The translations under genes were made by a program, and so were the position numbers. From assembly GCA_025594325.1 (NCBI GenBank), contig JANHCV010000011.1:1240001-1304000 (forward strand): a stretch of DNA of 64,000 bases, given 5' to 3'. This DNA is from Blastocladiella emersonii ATCC 22665. Taxonomy: Eukaryota > Fungi > Blastocladiomycota. Every line of letters starts with the position of its first letter. Position 1 is the first letter of the stretch. Of the stretch, positions 22,210-34,849 are shown in pieces. The notes beneath the pieces were generated by a model. That model was not told where the DNA came from. It ran no database searches and worked only from the letters and a program-made list of their open reading frames with translations.

Positions 22210-23617
22210 CTAGCCCGTGAAGGCCTGCACCTGGAACGACTTGAACGTGGTCATGGCGCGCGCGACAAACGCCTCGATGTGGAAGATGGGCTTCGACCCC
22301 TGGCACATGGTGTTCTCCTACACGCACGAACGCGAGGGCCACTTCAGTCTTCCGTCACTGCGGGATGCGCGAGGAGTGATACGCACGTAGTGGGCGGCGT
22401 GGTGGATGATCTGGCCGCGGATCGGTTCCGGGACGCGCGACGCGATCTGCATCGCCAGCGTCTACACAGTGGCGTACACGGGCGAGTGAGCCATCGTTCT
22501 ACTCCACGGCAGGAGAGAGCGCAAAAGTACCTTGACAATGACGGGTGGTGGGATGCAGTGCACGAGCAGGTCGTACAACTTGGGGCGCACCGCGGCGAGT
22601 CGCTCGGCCGTCTGCTCGGCCAGAATGAGCCCAGCGATCTCGGAAATGTACGTCTCCCAGTCGTACTCGGTCCCGGACATGTCGGCCGACGCCGCGAGCG
22701 TGCTACAAGCCGAGCGTGAGTTCACCGACGCTTGCCATGAAACGCTGAGCGAAGCGTACCCTGGGGAGCCGTTGGTCACGTACACGGCCTCGAGGGTCAA
22801 GATCGCGCGGCGCAGGTTGCGCTTGCACTCGCCAGCGAGCCGCGTCGCCACCTCGGGCGCGAGCGAGAAGCCTTGCCGCCGGGCAACCGAGTTGAGCACC
22901 TTCACAATCTACTCGACGGGGAAACGCGATACGTCAGTCCTCGTATGATCGGGGAAAGGCGAAACCCGCGCACCTCGTCCTCGCGCGGCGCCGGGACACG
23001 GAGCATCAGGCACCGACTCTGGACGGCGGGGATGATCTTGGACGTGGACGTGCAGCACATGATGATGCGCAGGTTGCCCATGTACTTTTCCATGGTGCGG
23101 CGCAGCGCGTGCTGGGCGGGCAGCGAGAGCGAGTCGGCCTCGGAGATGACAACGACCTTGAACCGCTTGGCCGCGCCCGTGTCAATGTTCTGCGTCTGCG
23201 CCAGCTCCTTGATCAGGTCCTGCACCACGAGCCGGTCGTTGTTGCCCGCGTCGCTCGGGTTGATCTCAATGTGGTAGTTGGACACGAGCAGGCTGATGTC
23301 GATCTTGCGGTTCGACGGCGTCACCAGCGTGCGGTGGTCGATCTTCACCTTGTCGACGCCCGCGCCGAACAGCGCGCGCAGCGTCGCCATGATCCGGGTC
23401 CGCTTCCCCGCACCCGACGGGCCGTACACGAGCGTGTGCGGGAAGTCGCCCTCCTGCGCCTATACAAGTGTCGGTACACGGGTTGGCATCGGCGATCCCG
23501 CAGGTTACGAGGAGCAGCGGCGAGCCCTACCAGTCGGTCGAGGTGCTCCGAGATGTGCGGGTGGTAGTCGAGCGCCGCGAGCGTCGCGGGACGGTACTTG
23601 TCGACCCAGAGTGCCAT
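22210..23617 (-). CDS. RFC3: Replication factor C small subunit (human RFC3 / yeast Rfc5 type), multi-exon
   Basis: MALWVDKYRP, YGPSGAGKRTRI, HIEINPSDAGNNDR, FKVVVISEAD, QHALRRTMEKY, SRCL, CKRNLRRAILTLE, GSKPIFHIEAF; pieces join through GT-AG introns. Confidence 0.95.
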
Positions 23618-24589
23618 GGTAGATGCGTTGCGTCAAGTGCGGATGCTCCGGAGTAATGCAGCGTCTCTGCAGGGAGGAGAAGGCGAAGGGGGCGGGTGCG
23701 ACGCGCGACCGAGCAGCATCGAGTCATCACATGATTGACCAACGCGACGGCGATTCGTCGCCGCCGCGAGTTCGCCGCGGTCCTGGCTCCCAAACGCCAC
23801 ATGCAACATGAAGAATCGAATGGTAAAACTTGCACTTAACTTGCTGCCTTCGCTCGTGCTCGCCAACTTGGCCAGCTTCATTGACGCGCGCCAGCTCTCG
23901 CGGCTGCGGCAGACCTGCGTCGATCTGAGCCGGTTTCCCGCCAACGCGTCCGTTCCCAGCGAGCATATCCAGTGGGCCATACGCAACCAATCATATTCGC
24001 TCTTAGAGCAACCTCTCGCCGAGGAGGACGCGGAGCGTGTGGCAACCACGCTGGCTCATGGTGCCATCGACTTGTGTGACGTGGACACGCTTCGTATTGT
24101 TCTTGATCTGTCCCGTCAATCTTCGGACGCGGTGGACTTGTATCTTTCCGAAATGCTCTGTTTCGCAGTCACACAAGGCCACCTCGGCCGGCCCCAAGCG
24201 CTGGAAATCGCTCGAATGCTTCTAAGCGATCCGCAAACTGTCGATCTTTGGGAGGACCCGCCGTTGACGTACCATTTCTCCTCGTTTTGCGCTGTCGCAG
24301 CGACCGTCGACATGGACGCGTTTGCGGCCGCGTTTCCTCGGCGCGCTTTTCTAATAGCGTTGATCCTTGGTGACAAATTGCGGGTCAGCCGACTTTTTGA
24401 TGCCGTCCAGGACATTTTTTCGCACGGTGTGTGGAATCCTTGGTTTCGGATCGAATACTTGCTCACCTATGCTGTTCTCGTTGACAACGAAGCAGTCGCA
24501 GAACTTGTCCTCGACAGTCTTTTACAATATCGGGTTTAGCGCAAAGGTTTTGCTACGGACGATTGGACCTTCAAAGCGTTCCCGTGTCC

Positions 24590-25165
24590 GACCTTTTGTG
24601 CGTGGCGGCGAGGCGCAGTCCGAGGTTCCGAAGGAGCGGGCGTGACGCGGCGTCGTTTCTGCGCGGGCGGACCATTCTCATCTGCAGGTGGCTCGACGCG
24701 TCGTTTGGCCGGCTTACGAGGGGCTGCGGCAGCAGAGGAAGAGGAAGCGAGCGCTGCACCGTGCACCGTGCCTTGAGGCGAAGCGAGGGGAGGCGAAGTG
24801 GCAGAAGACGCGCTCGAGGGAGCGGTTCCCACGGTCGCCGACGCTGCGGGGCCGCTCGAGTTACGGCCGGTCGTGCGGGCCTTCGCGCCAGCAGGCTTCC
24901 TGGCATGCGAAGGTGCACGAGGAGCACTCCCAGCGGCACTCGAAGCATCGGGAGCGGCAGCGGGAGGGTCGCGCGATTGAGCGCCAGAGGCCCGAATGCG
25001 CGCGGACCGGCGCGCGGGTTCGGGCTGCATAGGATTCATGTTTAGGGCTTAAAATGATGATTGTATTCAGTGTTGCTTCATGGAGACCAACTTCTCGACG
25101 AGGGGAGGAGGGGAGAAGAAATCCGGCGCGACACAGCGATCCACAGCGATCCACAGCGATCCAAG
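24590..25165 (-). other. Inserted fragment: 5' flank and first exon of an unrelated gene
   Basis: Antisense ORF MNPMQPEPARRSARIRASG...RKPAKRR...KRRR from ATG 25039, preceded by a pyrimidine-rich leader. It has no counterpart in the intact paralog. Ends are approximate. Confidence 0.55.
25132..25161 (+). repeat. (CACAGCGATC)x3 tandem repeat
   Basis: Read directly; it sits at the right junction of the insertion. Confidence 0.9.
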
Positions 25166-26530
25166 CCACACGACGCGTCTGGATTTCCGGCAAGCCGCGA
25201 AAAATCCATGGAGACCTCTAGTTCTGTCTCATGCAAGCGTGTTCCTCATTCTGAACACTGTTCCGGGCAAAGTCAGCAACGCGCTCGGACGCGGCGATGC
25301 TGTGGGCCTGCGTGCCCAGTTGGTTGCTCACCGACACGTCGAATTTTGCAACTCGATGCATGGACCCGAAGCAGCAACTCTCCTGAGCCTAGCATGGAAA
25401 CTTGGTGAGTTGGCATGTCACGACTGCATGATTAAAGAGGCAGCTGCGCTGTGGAACAAGCTCCCAGTGTGTGTTTTGGAGCCGTTCGAAGCCGCGTGCA
25501 AGGAGGCGATTCCCGCGCACGCCGAGCACCTGCTCAGATGTATTCACAAGATGAGCAATGCCGTACGCCTTGAGATTCTTAAGTCGTTCCGAGCGATCGC
25601 GAAGGCGGTCGCCGCAGATGCAAACCTGGTCATGCTCAAGTGGCCCTTGCTCACGGCCCGCCCGAAAATCATCAAGTCCGTTGCAAAGCTCGTACCCAGC
25701 GGCCGCGAACAGCTTGACGTCAGCGCGGCCGAGTTGCTTTCGCGCGTCCCAGCTTCCCCTCGCCAAGTTTCTCTTCAGCTTCAAACTGAGACGGTGGATT
25801 AGCTCCCGCACGAGTTCGGCACTGGATCGCAGATCGAAAAGCAGGCAGCGCTAAAGGGGTCGGTGACCGGCTGTGCCATCAACACAGGAATGATCGAGTA
25901 CTTGCTTCGCGACCCCGAGCTGGATCCGTCGTACAACGAGAACGAGCTTCTCAAGCACGTCCGGACCCGTGTTCACCCTTCGATTGAGACCCTGCTCCTC
26001 AGCGACCCGCGCGTCTCGGCCGTTGAGCGCGCGCGCTTCGCGCAGCACTAACCTTGCTGTTGTTGCTCCTCAATTTTTCACCGAGAAATACAAATTAAAT
26101 TTATGTTGCGTCCCGAGGTGCTAGTACGTGCCGGAGATCTTCATCAGCTAGCCCATCACGATTTCGGGCGTCGACGCCCTCTGAACGTCGCAAACTGGCA
26201 CGCGTCGGAGCCTGCGCCACATTCACGTGAGTGGCGCAACGCGTCGCTGCCAGCAAGGTGAGAGCGATGAGTGTCTTGTGCTCACGTAAATGCCTCTTAA
26301 GGAGAGTGAGAGCGTTTGCAGGCGCGGGAGACAGTTTGGACGCGTCCGAGTGCCCCATGGTCGGTGCGAGACGAGGTGCGAGACACGTCCCGAATGCACC
26401 TTGCTCGCGCCACGCTACGCACCAGCTGCGTACCTTGCCTTTTCGACCATGCCATGTTCTATACTCAGACGTCAAACGTAACCTAATGCATTTCACTCAC
26501 GGAGCGGCCGGCCACATGGAGGTCCCGCCC

Positions 26531-29500
26531 ATGGAGCATCGCGCCGCCGTCGAACGGCAACATGAACGGACCTTACGACCCGGTTTCATACGATGGGTCT
26601 TCTTGATCGCTATTTTGCTGCTTTCGAGCGTAACCCGCGCTCAGGCGTACCAAAACTTGACGCTCGGGCTCATCCTTCCAAGCCCCGCGACGCTCGCGGT
26701 GTCTCATCCGGGGTACACGAGCATCATGGAGAACACGCTCAAAGTCGTTCGATTCATCATGGATGACCTGAATAATGGAACGGCGCATTCGGCCGGGTAC
26801 CACTTCAACCTGGTCTTTGGGGACAGCAAGTACGGGCGACTTGGCGCAGTGGAGGCCGCCATCGATCTTCAGTCTAAGGGTGCTCTCGCTCTCCTTGGCG
26901 AGTGGAGCTCGTCGAACACGATTCCGATTGCGCTGACGTGTACGTCACCGTGGCCCTGAACTTGACCGCGCCTCTGCCTAACCCAAACGTTGCGCTAGCG
27001 ACAAGCTTCAACACGATTCTCTGCTCGGGATCAGCGTCGTCTGACGAGCTGAGCTCGGCCATCAACTACCCGCTGTTCATTCGAACGATTTCGGCCGACT
27101 CGTACGTTTTCCCTCTCCAGCGTTCCTGACTGCAGACTTACCGTGAGCCTCGTGAATGAATAGGTACCAGGGCGTCGTGATGGCCCGCATCGCTCGCAAC
27201 TTCAACTGGATGTCGGTGAACTTTCTGGTCCTCGGCGAGGATCCGGTACGCAGCGGCAGTGCCACGACCTCGACTAGATGACTGATCACTCACGCTTTGT
27301 GATTGTGTAGTACGCAGTCTCGCTGTCCAGGGCATTCCAGGACACGGCCGCGACGCTCGGTATCACTATCGCGAGGACGTACATTGTCCAGAACTCTTGG
27401 TCCTTTGACGACTACCGAGCTCTCGTCTCGCAGCTCGCCGACAGCCCTTCGCGCATCAACGTCCTGTTCGGGCACCCGGACCCCATCTACCCGCTTCCAC
27501 TTCTTGCGCGGCGAGCCGGTTTCGGCCCCGAGTGGGTCTGGTTTGGCTGCGAGTCGCTGTCCATCATGGATTCCACCTTCTTGCGGGCGCGCGGCCTGAC
27601 TCCCGCCGAGCTCGCTTACTACGAGGGCCTCATGATCGCGTGGCCCGCCGAGCTCGCGCCCGGGTCGCCGCGCTTCGACTCGGTCGTGGCCAAGTGGCAG
27701 CGCACGTACAACGACACGGTGATCAAGGAGACGGCCTACGCGCTCTTCATGGGCAGCTGCCTCGACGTACTCGTCAACACGTTCATCGATCTCGTCCGCC
27801 GCGTCGGCCTCGCGCCCGTCGTCAACCGGACGCATAAGCTGGACCTCGCCGACTTTGTCGTCAACCGCGACAGCGTGTCCGGGTTCATCGACTTCGCGGC
27901 CAACGGGGACCGCAACGGGTATTCGCCGTGCTCGTGTGATTTGAGAAATCAATTAACCCGACTCGACGTATAGGGAGTTCCAGGTGCTCAACTTCCAGAA
28001 CAGCGCGTACGTTCCCGTCTACTCGGTCCGCAACGGCACGTTCAGCACCCTCGCGCCCATCAAGTTCGCCGACGGCTCGAGCGTGATCCCGGACTGGCGG
28101 CCCAAGTACGTCGAGATCCTGCCCGACGAGCGCTCCGCCGGCGTCATCATCGTGTCCACGTTGACGGGACTCGTCATCGCGGCCGTGGTCGTCGCATGGG
28201 TCGCCATCGTCGTGAACCGCAAGTCGAAGCGCGTGCGGCACCTCGGGCTGCCCTTCACGGCCGTGCTGTGTATCGGCATCGTCATGTGCCTCTCGGCTTC
28301 CTTCCTCATGGCGGGCCGTCCGACCCCGCTCAAGTGCGAGGCCCAGTACTGGGTCATGATCCTCGGCTACTCGCTCACGCTGTCGTCGCTCTGGATCCGG
28401 TCATACCGTCTCTGGAAGATCTTCGAGTACGTCCCCGAGTCTTTCATGACCTTGTCGCGTCGCATCAACTGACCTGCCACGCGTTCGTGTAGCAAGTACG
28501 TTCGAAATCTCGAGCTCGAGCACATGGTCAACGCGATCGCTCACCAGTTTCTTGTAGCCGTGTCCTGACAAAGTCGACGGCCGTACGCACCCGGCCGCTG
28601 CTGTTCCGCATGCTCGCGCTGCCCGTGTTGCAGATCATTCTGCTGATCATCCACTCGGCCACGTCCCCATTGCAAGCGGCTCCGCTCATCTCGGGGTCGA
28701 CGATCCAGTACCAGTGCCAGGCGTTGTCTGCTGGCGGCACGGCCCTGCTTTACGTTGCGGCAGGAATCGACGGGTGCGTTCGCTGGGCACTCGACGGCCA
28801 TGATGAACTTGCTGACTCTTGTCGTGCGAAACAGGGTGCTCCTCGTGCTCCTCGCGTACCTCTCGTTCAAGATCCGTCGGATCCACGTACGTCTACTGGC
28901 GGGCCAGCCAAAGTGTCAACTTACTTATGACGCACGTTTCCGCCTAGTCCTCGTACCAGGACACCATGTGGATCGCGTACTTAATGCACCACCTCCTCGT
29001 ACGTCCCGCTTGCGGTTTCGGCCGGCGCATCCTCTCACCGCCACGACTCCGGCGTCTAGATTGCGGCGTGCATCGCTATCCCCGTCATCGTGCTGTTCAG
29101 CACCGCGACGATCGTGACCTACTACGTGCGCGCCGTCGCGGTCATTTACACCAACGTCGCCATCTTCTCGTCCATGGTCGCGCGCCACATCTTCGCGCTG
29201 CCCGATAGCGCGAACCAGGACCCGAACGCGGCCATGCTCGAGACTCAAGACGGCGCCGGCGGTCCAGGATCCGGCGGAGGTCAGGAGACGTCGTCCGCTG
29301 GCGGTTCGACGGCTCAGCGAGTACGTTGAGTGTGATGATCGCACTGCTTCGACACCCGTTGACGACCTGGTCCCGTGTAGAACGTTCTCTCGGGCGTGTA
29401 TCCCGTCAAGTCAACTACGGGCTTCCTGCGGCGGTGGCAGAACCGCGATGTCGTCCTACTGTCCGCCGAGGGCCTGCTCGTCGTGGCCAGCATCGAGCGG

Positions 29501-29767
29501 CAGCATCCTGGCCAGAGTTTCTCGGTCAAGCAGCTCATCCTCGAGGCTGATCCCGTCGACATGGAGCTGTGCGTCGTTCTCGCACATCCAGGAACCGACG
29601 CGTTCGCGATCCAGTTCAACTCGGCGGCCGAGCGGACCAAGTGGGTCGCGGCGTTCCAGGCGTGCGGGACCTCGGGCAAGTCGACGCCCACGTCGAGCGC
29701 CATGAGCAGGCTTCGCGTCAAGTCGAACGCGATACGGTCGAGCGTGACGTCGGGAGGGCAACATTAG
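26531..29767 (+). CDS. Class C (GABA-B-like) GPCR: signal peptide, Venus-flytrap domain, 7TM, C-terminal PH-like domain; about 10 exons
   Basis: ALLGEWSSSNTIPIA, SGSASSDELSS..NYPLFIRTISAD|SYQG and GFIDFAANGDRNG are ANF_receptor-like. RKSKRVRHLGLPF...C...W...GYSLTLSSLWIRSYRLWKIF is 7tm_3-like. The tail ends FAIQFNSAAERTKWVAAFQ. The start ATG could be 26486, 26517 or 26531. Confidence 0.85.
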
Positions 29768-29957
29768 TAGGTTCAATACATACTTGGCGTGGCCGTGCCC
29801 TCGATCTGGTTCCTGATAGCTCGGATGATGCAGTGACATGAGGGCAAAAGCTTCGCTCCAAGAAATGAGGTTGCGCCGCTCAGCAACGGCGTGTACCTCG
29901 ATCGTGACGCGGCAAGACATGGCAACAAGACGAGTATACTCAAAGGGAAAACTGAAT

Positions 29958-31928
29958 TTACGACGTTGACCTCGCTGGCGACGATCCCAAAGAGGTGGGC
30001 GGCGCCGTTACCGTGCGAGCCGCCGCCGCGGCCGCTGCTTCGCGCGCCGCGAGCTGGTCCTTGAAGTGGTTGGTCGTGACGTCGGCGAGGAGGCCAGGCA
30101 GGCAGCGGTGGACGTGCCACCAGTCCTTGACGACGGGCAATAGGACCTCGGCGTACTGCGGGTCGGGGATCCCGCGGAGCTCCCACTGCTCGGCGGCGCC
30201 GTCGCGGACCAGCTCGAGCTCGAGGGTTGCCGACGGATCACCAGTGCCCGTACCCGGGGGCGCGTCTGCGCGGGTAGCGAACCGCGAGCGGAGCGTGATG
30301 GAGTTGGGACTCGTGCGGCGCATGTCGAAGCCGAACGCGGACTGCACGAGGTTCGCGGTCCACGACGACCAGTCGGCGGGGTCCTCGAACTCGGCAGCAC
30401 AGTCCTCGTCCACGCGTTTCCGTTTCCGGCTCGCGTCCTGGCTCGCGGCGAGCGCGGCGGCAGCAGCGGCCTCGGCCTCGACGCGCGCGAGTTTCTGAGC
30501 GAGGTCGCGGGAGCTGGCCTCGAGGTCGGCGGTACGGCGCTCGAGAACGGAAATCTCCTGCGCACGGCCGCCATCCGCATCGTCGGCAGCGGCGGCACCG
30601 AGCGCACGAACGCGGTCGCGCAGCGACGCCACCTGGCCCTCGGCGGCATCCCGCGCGACCTCGGCGACGCGGCGCGCGGAGTACTCGGACCAGTACCGCG
30701 TGTCGGCGTCGGCAGCCGCGGTCTTCGCCGCGGCGAGCTCGGCGCGCAAAGTCGCGCGCTGGCGGTCGAGGAACGCGGCGCGGTCGCTCGCGGTGCGGGC
30801 GGTGTGGGTCGCCGCCTCGAGCTCGGCGCGGAGTGCGGTGACCGTGGTCGTGGTCGCGGGCGCGTCGCCGGTGGGGATCGGGGCCGCAGCGGCAGCCGTG
30901 GCGACGGCCTCGCGCGCCTTGGCGAGCTCAGCCGACAACTCCGCGACGCGGGCTTCGGCGTCGACGAGCGCGCGGCGCAGGTCGGCGGCAGCGCGCGCGT
31001 CGGCGGCGAGCATCGCCTTCTCCTCCTCGAGGACGCGGACCTGGCGCGTGGCGGCGTCAAGGTCGCCTGCCGTGGCGCGGAGCCGCGCGACCTCGGCCTC
31101 GAGCTGGCGCAGGTGCTCGACGCCGTGGTGGATCTCGGACCGCTGCGCGGTGACGCGGCCGTACAGGAGCTGGTTACGGGTCGCGGCGACGAGCTGGGCG
31201 CGCACGTCGTCGAGCTCGGCCTCGAGCTTGCGGTTGGCGGCGAGCGTGTCCGAGTTCTTTTGCGCGAGCGCCACGTTGTCGGCCTGCACGCGGACCAGCT
31301 CGCGCTCGGTGGTGGTGAGCGTGTCGACGAGGAGGACACGTTCGCGGTCGTCGGCGCGGTGCTCGGCAGCGAGGGCGGACTCAAGGTCGACGACGCGGCC
31401 GGCGAGGGCGTCCAGCGACGCCGTGAGGTCCGTGACGCGGCGCGACTCGCGCGCCTTGACGAGCTCGAGCTCCGACTCGAGCGTTTTGATGCGGTCGGCC
31501 GCGGTCTGCGTCTCGGTGTACAGCATGTTGCGCTGCTCCGTGATGCTGGCGTCGCGCGCCTTGAGGGCGGCCACCTCCCTGGCGGACGCGTCAGCAGTCA
31601 GCTGCACGGCGGCGAGCTCGGCGGCGTGGCGCGACGCGGCGGCGAGCTGCTCGCCCTCGGCGACACGCAGCTTCTCGCGCAACGCGGCAATCTCGGACTG
31701 GTCTACTCGTCCGCGCACCGAGTGAGCGCTGACCGTCACCGACACAGGTTACACTATGTTAGACGTACACGACACGACGGCACTCGCAGAAACGGTCTGA
31801 GCGGCATCGACGTGCAACAGCGTACGCTTCACGAGCGCGGCGACCGAGGACAGGGTGCCGCTCGCAATCACCGAGGCTGGCGGCCCGGCGCCAGGGGCCG
31901 TGGGACGCGGCGTGCGGTCATGTTCCAT
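29958..31928 (-). CDS. MAD1: Spindle checkpoint protein MAD1 (exons 31928-31826, 31702-29958)
   Basis: Long coiled coil plus C-terminal RWD-like segment LVQSAFGFDMRRTSPNSITLRSRFA...CLPGLLADVTTNHF, matching the MAD1 pattern GY/F+D...+RL.S.YA...IPAFL++T. A GTACGC...GAGTAG intron keeps the frame. Confidence 0.75.
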
Positions 31929-32280
31929 GGTTGCTGATTGCGTTGCAGGGAGTGAGAAGACTGGCAGGGGAAGGGTGGTGATGGGAGGGGAGGCGGAAAG
32001 GCGCGGCGCCGCTCCGGCTGGGGGGCGACCTTCGACTCGCCGCAACTCACCTGACGCCCACCCGAGATGAACGACGCGATAACGGTTGCCCGCGAGCGGC
32101 CAAGTCATTCAAGCTCGCAAGTGAGAAAAAAAAATAGGTGCGAGTGTATCGAGAAGCATTATGAACGCGAGCCCAAATCAACGACGTGGGCGGACCACCT
32201 CCACAGCGCAGCGCCCTGCTTGCTTCTGACCCGGACGCCCAACACCACCAAGGCACACACTTGCGCGAGAAGAAGCAATA

Positions 32281-32338
32281 GAGCAACACTCGCGCGGGAG
32301 ACGCGCATCTTTTCATGGCGCCTGCGCGGGTGCTGCTC
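32281..32338 (+). repeat. Hairpin element copy A (within a ~1-kb degenerate unit)
   Basis: gagcaacactcgcgcgggag-acgcgcatcttttcatgg-cgcctgcgcgggtgctgctc. Confidence 0.8.
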
Positions 32339-33327
32339 GTTGCACTCGTCACGCGCGCGTGGTCGATGGAGCAAGGGCGCTAGGGCGAGAGCAGACCACG
32401 GCGAACGGTCGCAACGTTGCGCATCTTGGTTGCAAAAGAGTTTGTGGTGAGCTCAAGATAACTGGGCGACAAGGAGAAAGTGAGGTTCCGTCGCGCGATG
32501 TCACAGGGGATAACGCGACCATCATCGCGCGCGAAACGGAATCCTTGACAATCCCGAGCATGAAGTAGTTGACTCGAACTTTGAGAGCTTGATGCTTTGC
32601 ATGCGGTTTCGCTACAGCACGTGAAGCGAAGGTGAGCGGTTGGGCTGCGTGTCAGGCACAGCCGGGTGGTATAGGTTGTACGCTAGGGACTGACTCGTTT
32701 TCTCCTATGAGCTTTCCAGGTCGTATGCCCGAGGTATGCTGAACTACAGACGCGTGAAATGAGCCCAAGAGTATTCGACACGCAGATTGAGCGAAGACTG
32801 CTTAGGAAGACGATTCGTGGCGTCGTGCGCATGCTTCCGACATCTCTCCCGCTCCTGGTCGGCACTCAGCAGTCAGGAAACTCGCGGTACAGCCATCTGG
32901 CAGCCGTAGCAAGCAGGTCGCGTTGAGTGTTGTGACTCTGTTGATCGACGATGTGTGACGGCTGGACATGATTTCAGCAAGTTGGAGGTGCGTAAGATGC
33001 GTTTAGTAGTTACATGGTGCTTGTCGCGTGTGGGATGGGGGAGTCACGGCCGGCGCGGCGCGCGGCGGCAATTTCCTTCGGTCTGCTTCTTCGCAGGAAA
33101 CGGCGAGCCCGTCACCGGTTCGCCTCACGACAGGGCCGCGACAGAGGATCGGTGATGATTCGTAACGATTGCGCAAGGAGGGAGAGATCTATTAGAACGC
33201 ACGTCAAAAGCACGGGTCGGCATCCCGCGCCAAGGGCCAACCACACCACGACCGCAGCGCCTTCTCTGCTTACACTCTGACGCTCCACGAGAACAGAAAC
33301 CACGCGTACGCGACGCAAAGCGAGCGA

Positions 33328-33381
33328 GCAGCACTCGCGCAGGCGACGCGTAGCTTTTCACGGCGCTCGCGCGAGTGCTGC
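33328..33381 (+). repeat. Hairpin element copy B
   Basis: gcagcactcgcgcaggcg-acgcgtagcttttcacgg-cgctcgcgcgagtgctgc. Confidence 0.85.
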
Positions 33382-34360
33382 TGGTACAGGAGCCGCGTAC
33401 GCGAGGTTGATGGTCTTAGGGCGCTAGGCTGGGAGCAAAGTGCAAGCTTCCGCGGCCAGCCACTTGCTCGCAGCACGATTTCGATCCCGCCCCCGGGTTC
33501 ACGACACACTGCGCTTCGTCGCAATCGTCGCTCTTTCCCGAGGTTCCCGCCCGACTTCTGGAACTGCGTGCACAGCTGCGATCGTCTCGCGCCTGGGCAC
33601 ACCTTGCGCGCCGCGACGATGGCGTTAATAGGTAGTCTCGGTGCCAGACTCTACGGCCACATGGTCGGCGTGGGTGGCCTCGGGCATTCGGAGAAATGAC
33701 CTCGGCCGACCGACCGTGGGTAGACGTACGTCGCGGGTCAGCAGGCGCTGGGTAGGGCCGCCTCGGCCCACTGCAGGCATCCCGCCGCTCCCCACGAGAA
33801 TACGGTCTGGCAACGAGACTAGTTAATAGGTTCGTCGACCTGCTCGCAAGACGAGCGCCAAGGGTTTATCTCTCCCCCCCCCCTGCTCGAGTTTTCAACG
33901 TGAAGGCGACCGTTCTCTCACATCTCGTCACGCGTAGGTTGATCGAGGAGCACTGTTTCGACCCGCATCCGTGCCTATCGCCACGCCGGTTGATCAACGA
34001 GGCCAAACTCGTGCGCATCAAGGGGTTGCGAATGAAACAATGCAGAGGAATCAAGGCCTAAGAACATCAGGAAAGGCGGAGGGGATGAGCGAGTCTGCTT
34101 CCAAACGGAAGCAGCGCGCTTTGCCCAATCATCCCGCCCATCACACTCGCGACCGCTTCTCGTATTTGGCGAACGGCAAGCTAGATCAAGTTCTCGAGAG
34201 CGAGTCTCCATCGCTGAGAAGCAATCATGCAGGTGTATCGACGACCACAATTGCAGCGCGAGCCCTGCTCACGAGTGCCACGGCCAGTACCCACACCGCC
34301 CAACTCGATCTCATAGCCCAGCAACACAAAAGGAGCCCGCGCGACGATCAGCAAGAGAGA

Positions 34361-34414
34361 GCAGCACTCGCGCGGGCGACGCGCGGCTTTTCACGGCGCC
34401 CGCGCGGGTGCTGC
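34361..34414 (+). repeat. Hairpin element copy C
   Basis: gcagcactcgcgcgggcg-acgcgcggcttttcacgg-cgcccgcgcgggtgctgc (17 of 18 Watson-Crick pairs plus one T.G). Confidence 0.9.
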
Positions 34415-34849
34415 TGGTTCAAGACGTCGCGCGCGCGTGGTTGGCGATCCAGGGGCATCGGAGTGAGAGGTGAGCGTAACATACAGCCGCGACTTGTACT
34501 TGGCGAGAATTGTCGAGTGTCCCGGTGGCCAAAGGGCTCGTGAAGAACGAGTCCACACCGCACGTTCGATTTGGCCGAGTCCCTAGCCAGCAAGCTGTAA
34601 CATGCGCGGAAGCGGACGTTTGCAGTAAGCAGGTCCCACTTGACTAAACGGCGAACAACGCGGTGAGCGTGCGGGCGGACCCCAGCGCCGATCAATGCGT
34701 GAGCACGTACTGAGTCTTGGTCGCCTCGCTCTCCATTCGCGCCCTTCGTCGGCGGCGCCTGTTAGCGCAAATAGTCTGGTCGAGCTGCTATAACCGAGTT
34801 CGGGCTCGCACTCGTCCGACGGCTGCAGCTGGCTCTCAGGCACCGATTA

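Larger units (their letters stand above)
23820..26051 (+). pseudogene. Disrupted F-box + ankyrin-like gene (paralog of 47063-48709)
   Basis: N-terminus LNLLPSLVLANLASFIDARQLSRLRQTC and C-terminus EYLLRDPELDPSYNENELLK match the intact paralog. It has a stop at 24537-24539, an insertion of about 0.6 kb, and TAG at 25800-25802 where the paralog has Trp (ETVD*L vs ETIEWL). Confidence 0.85.
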
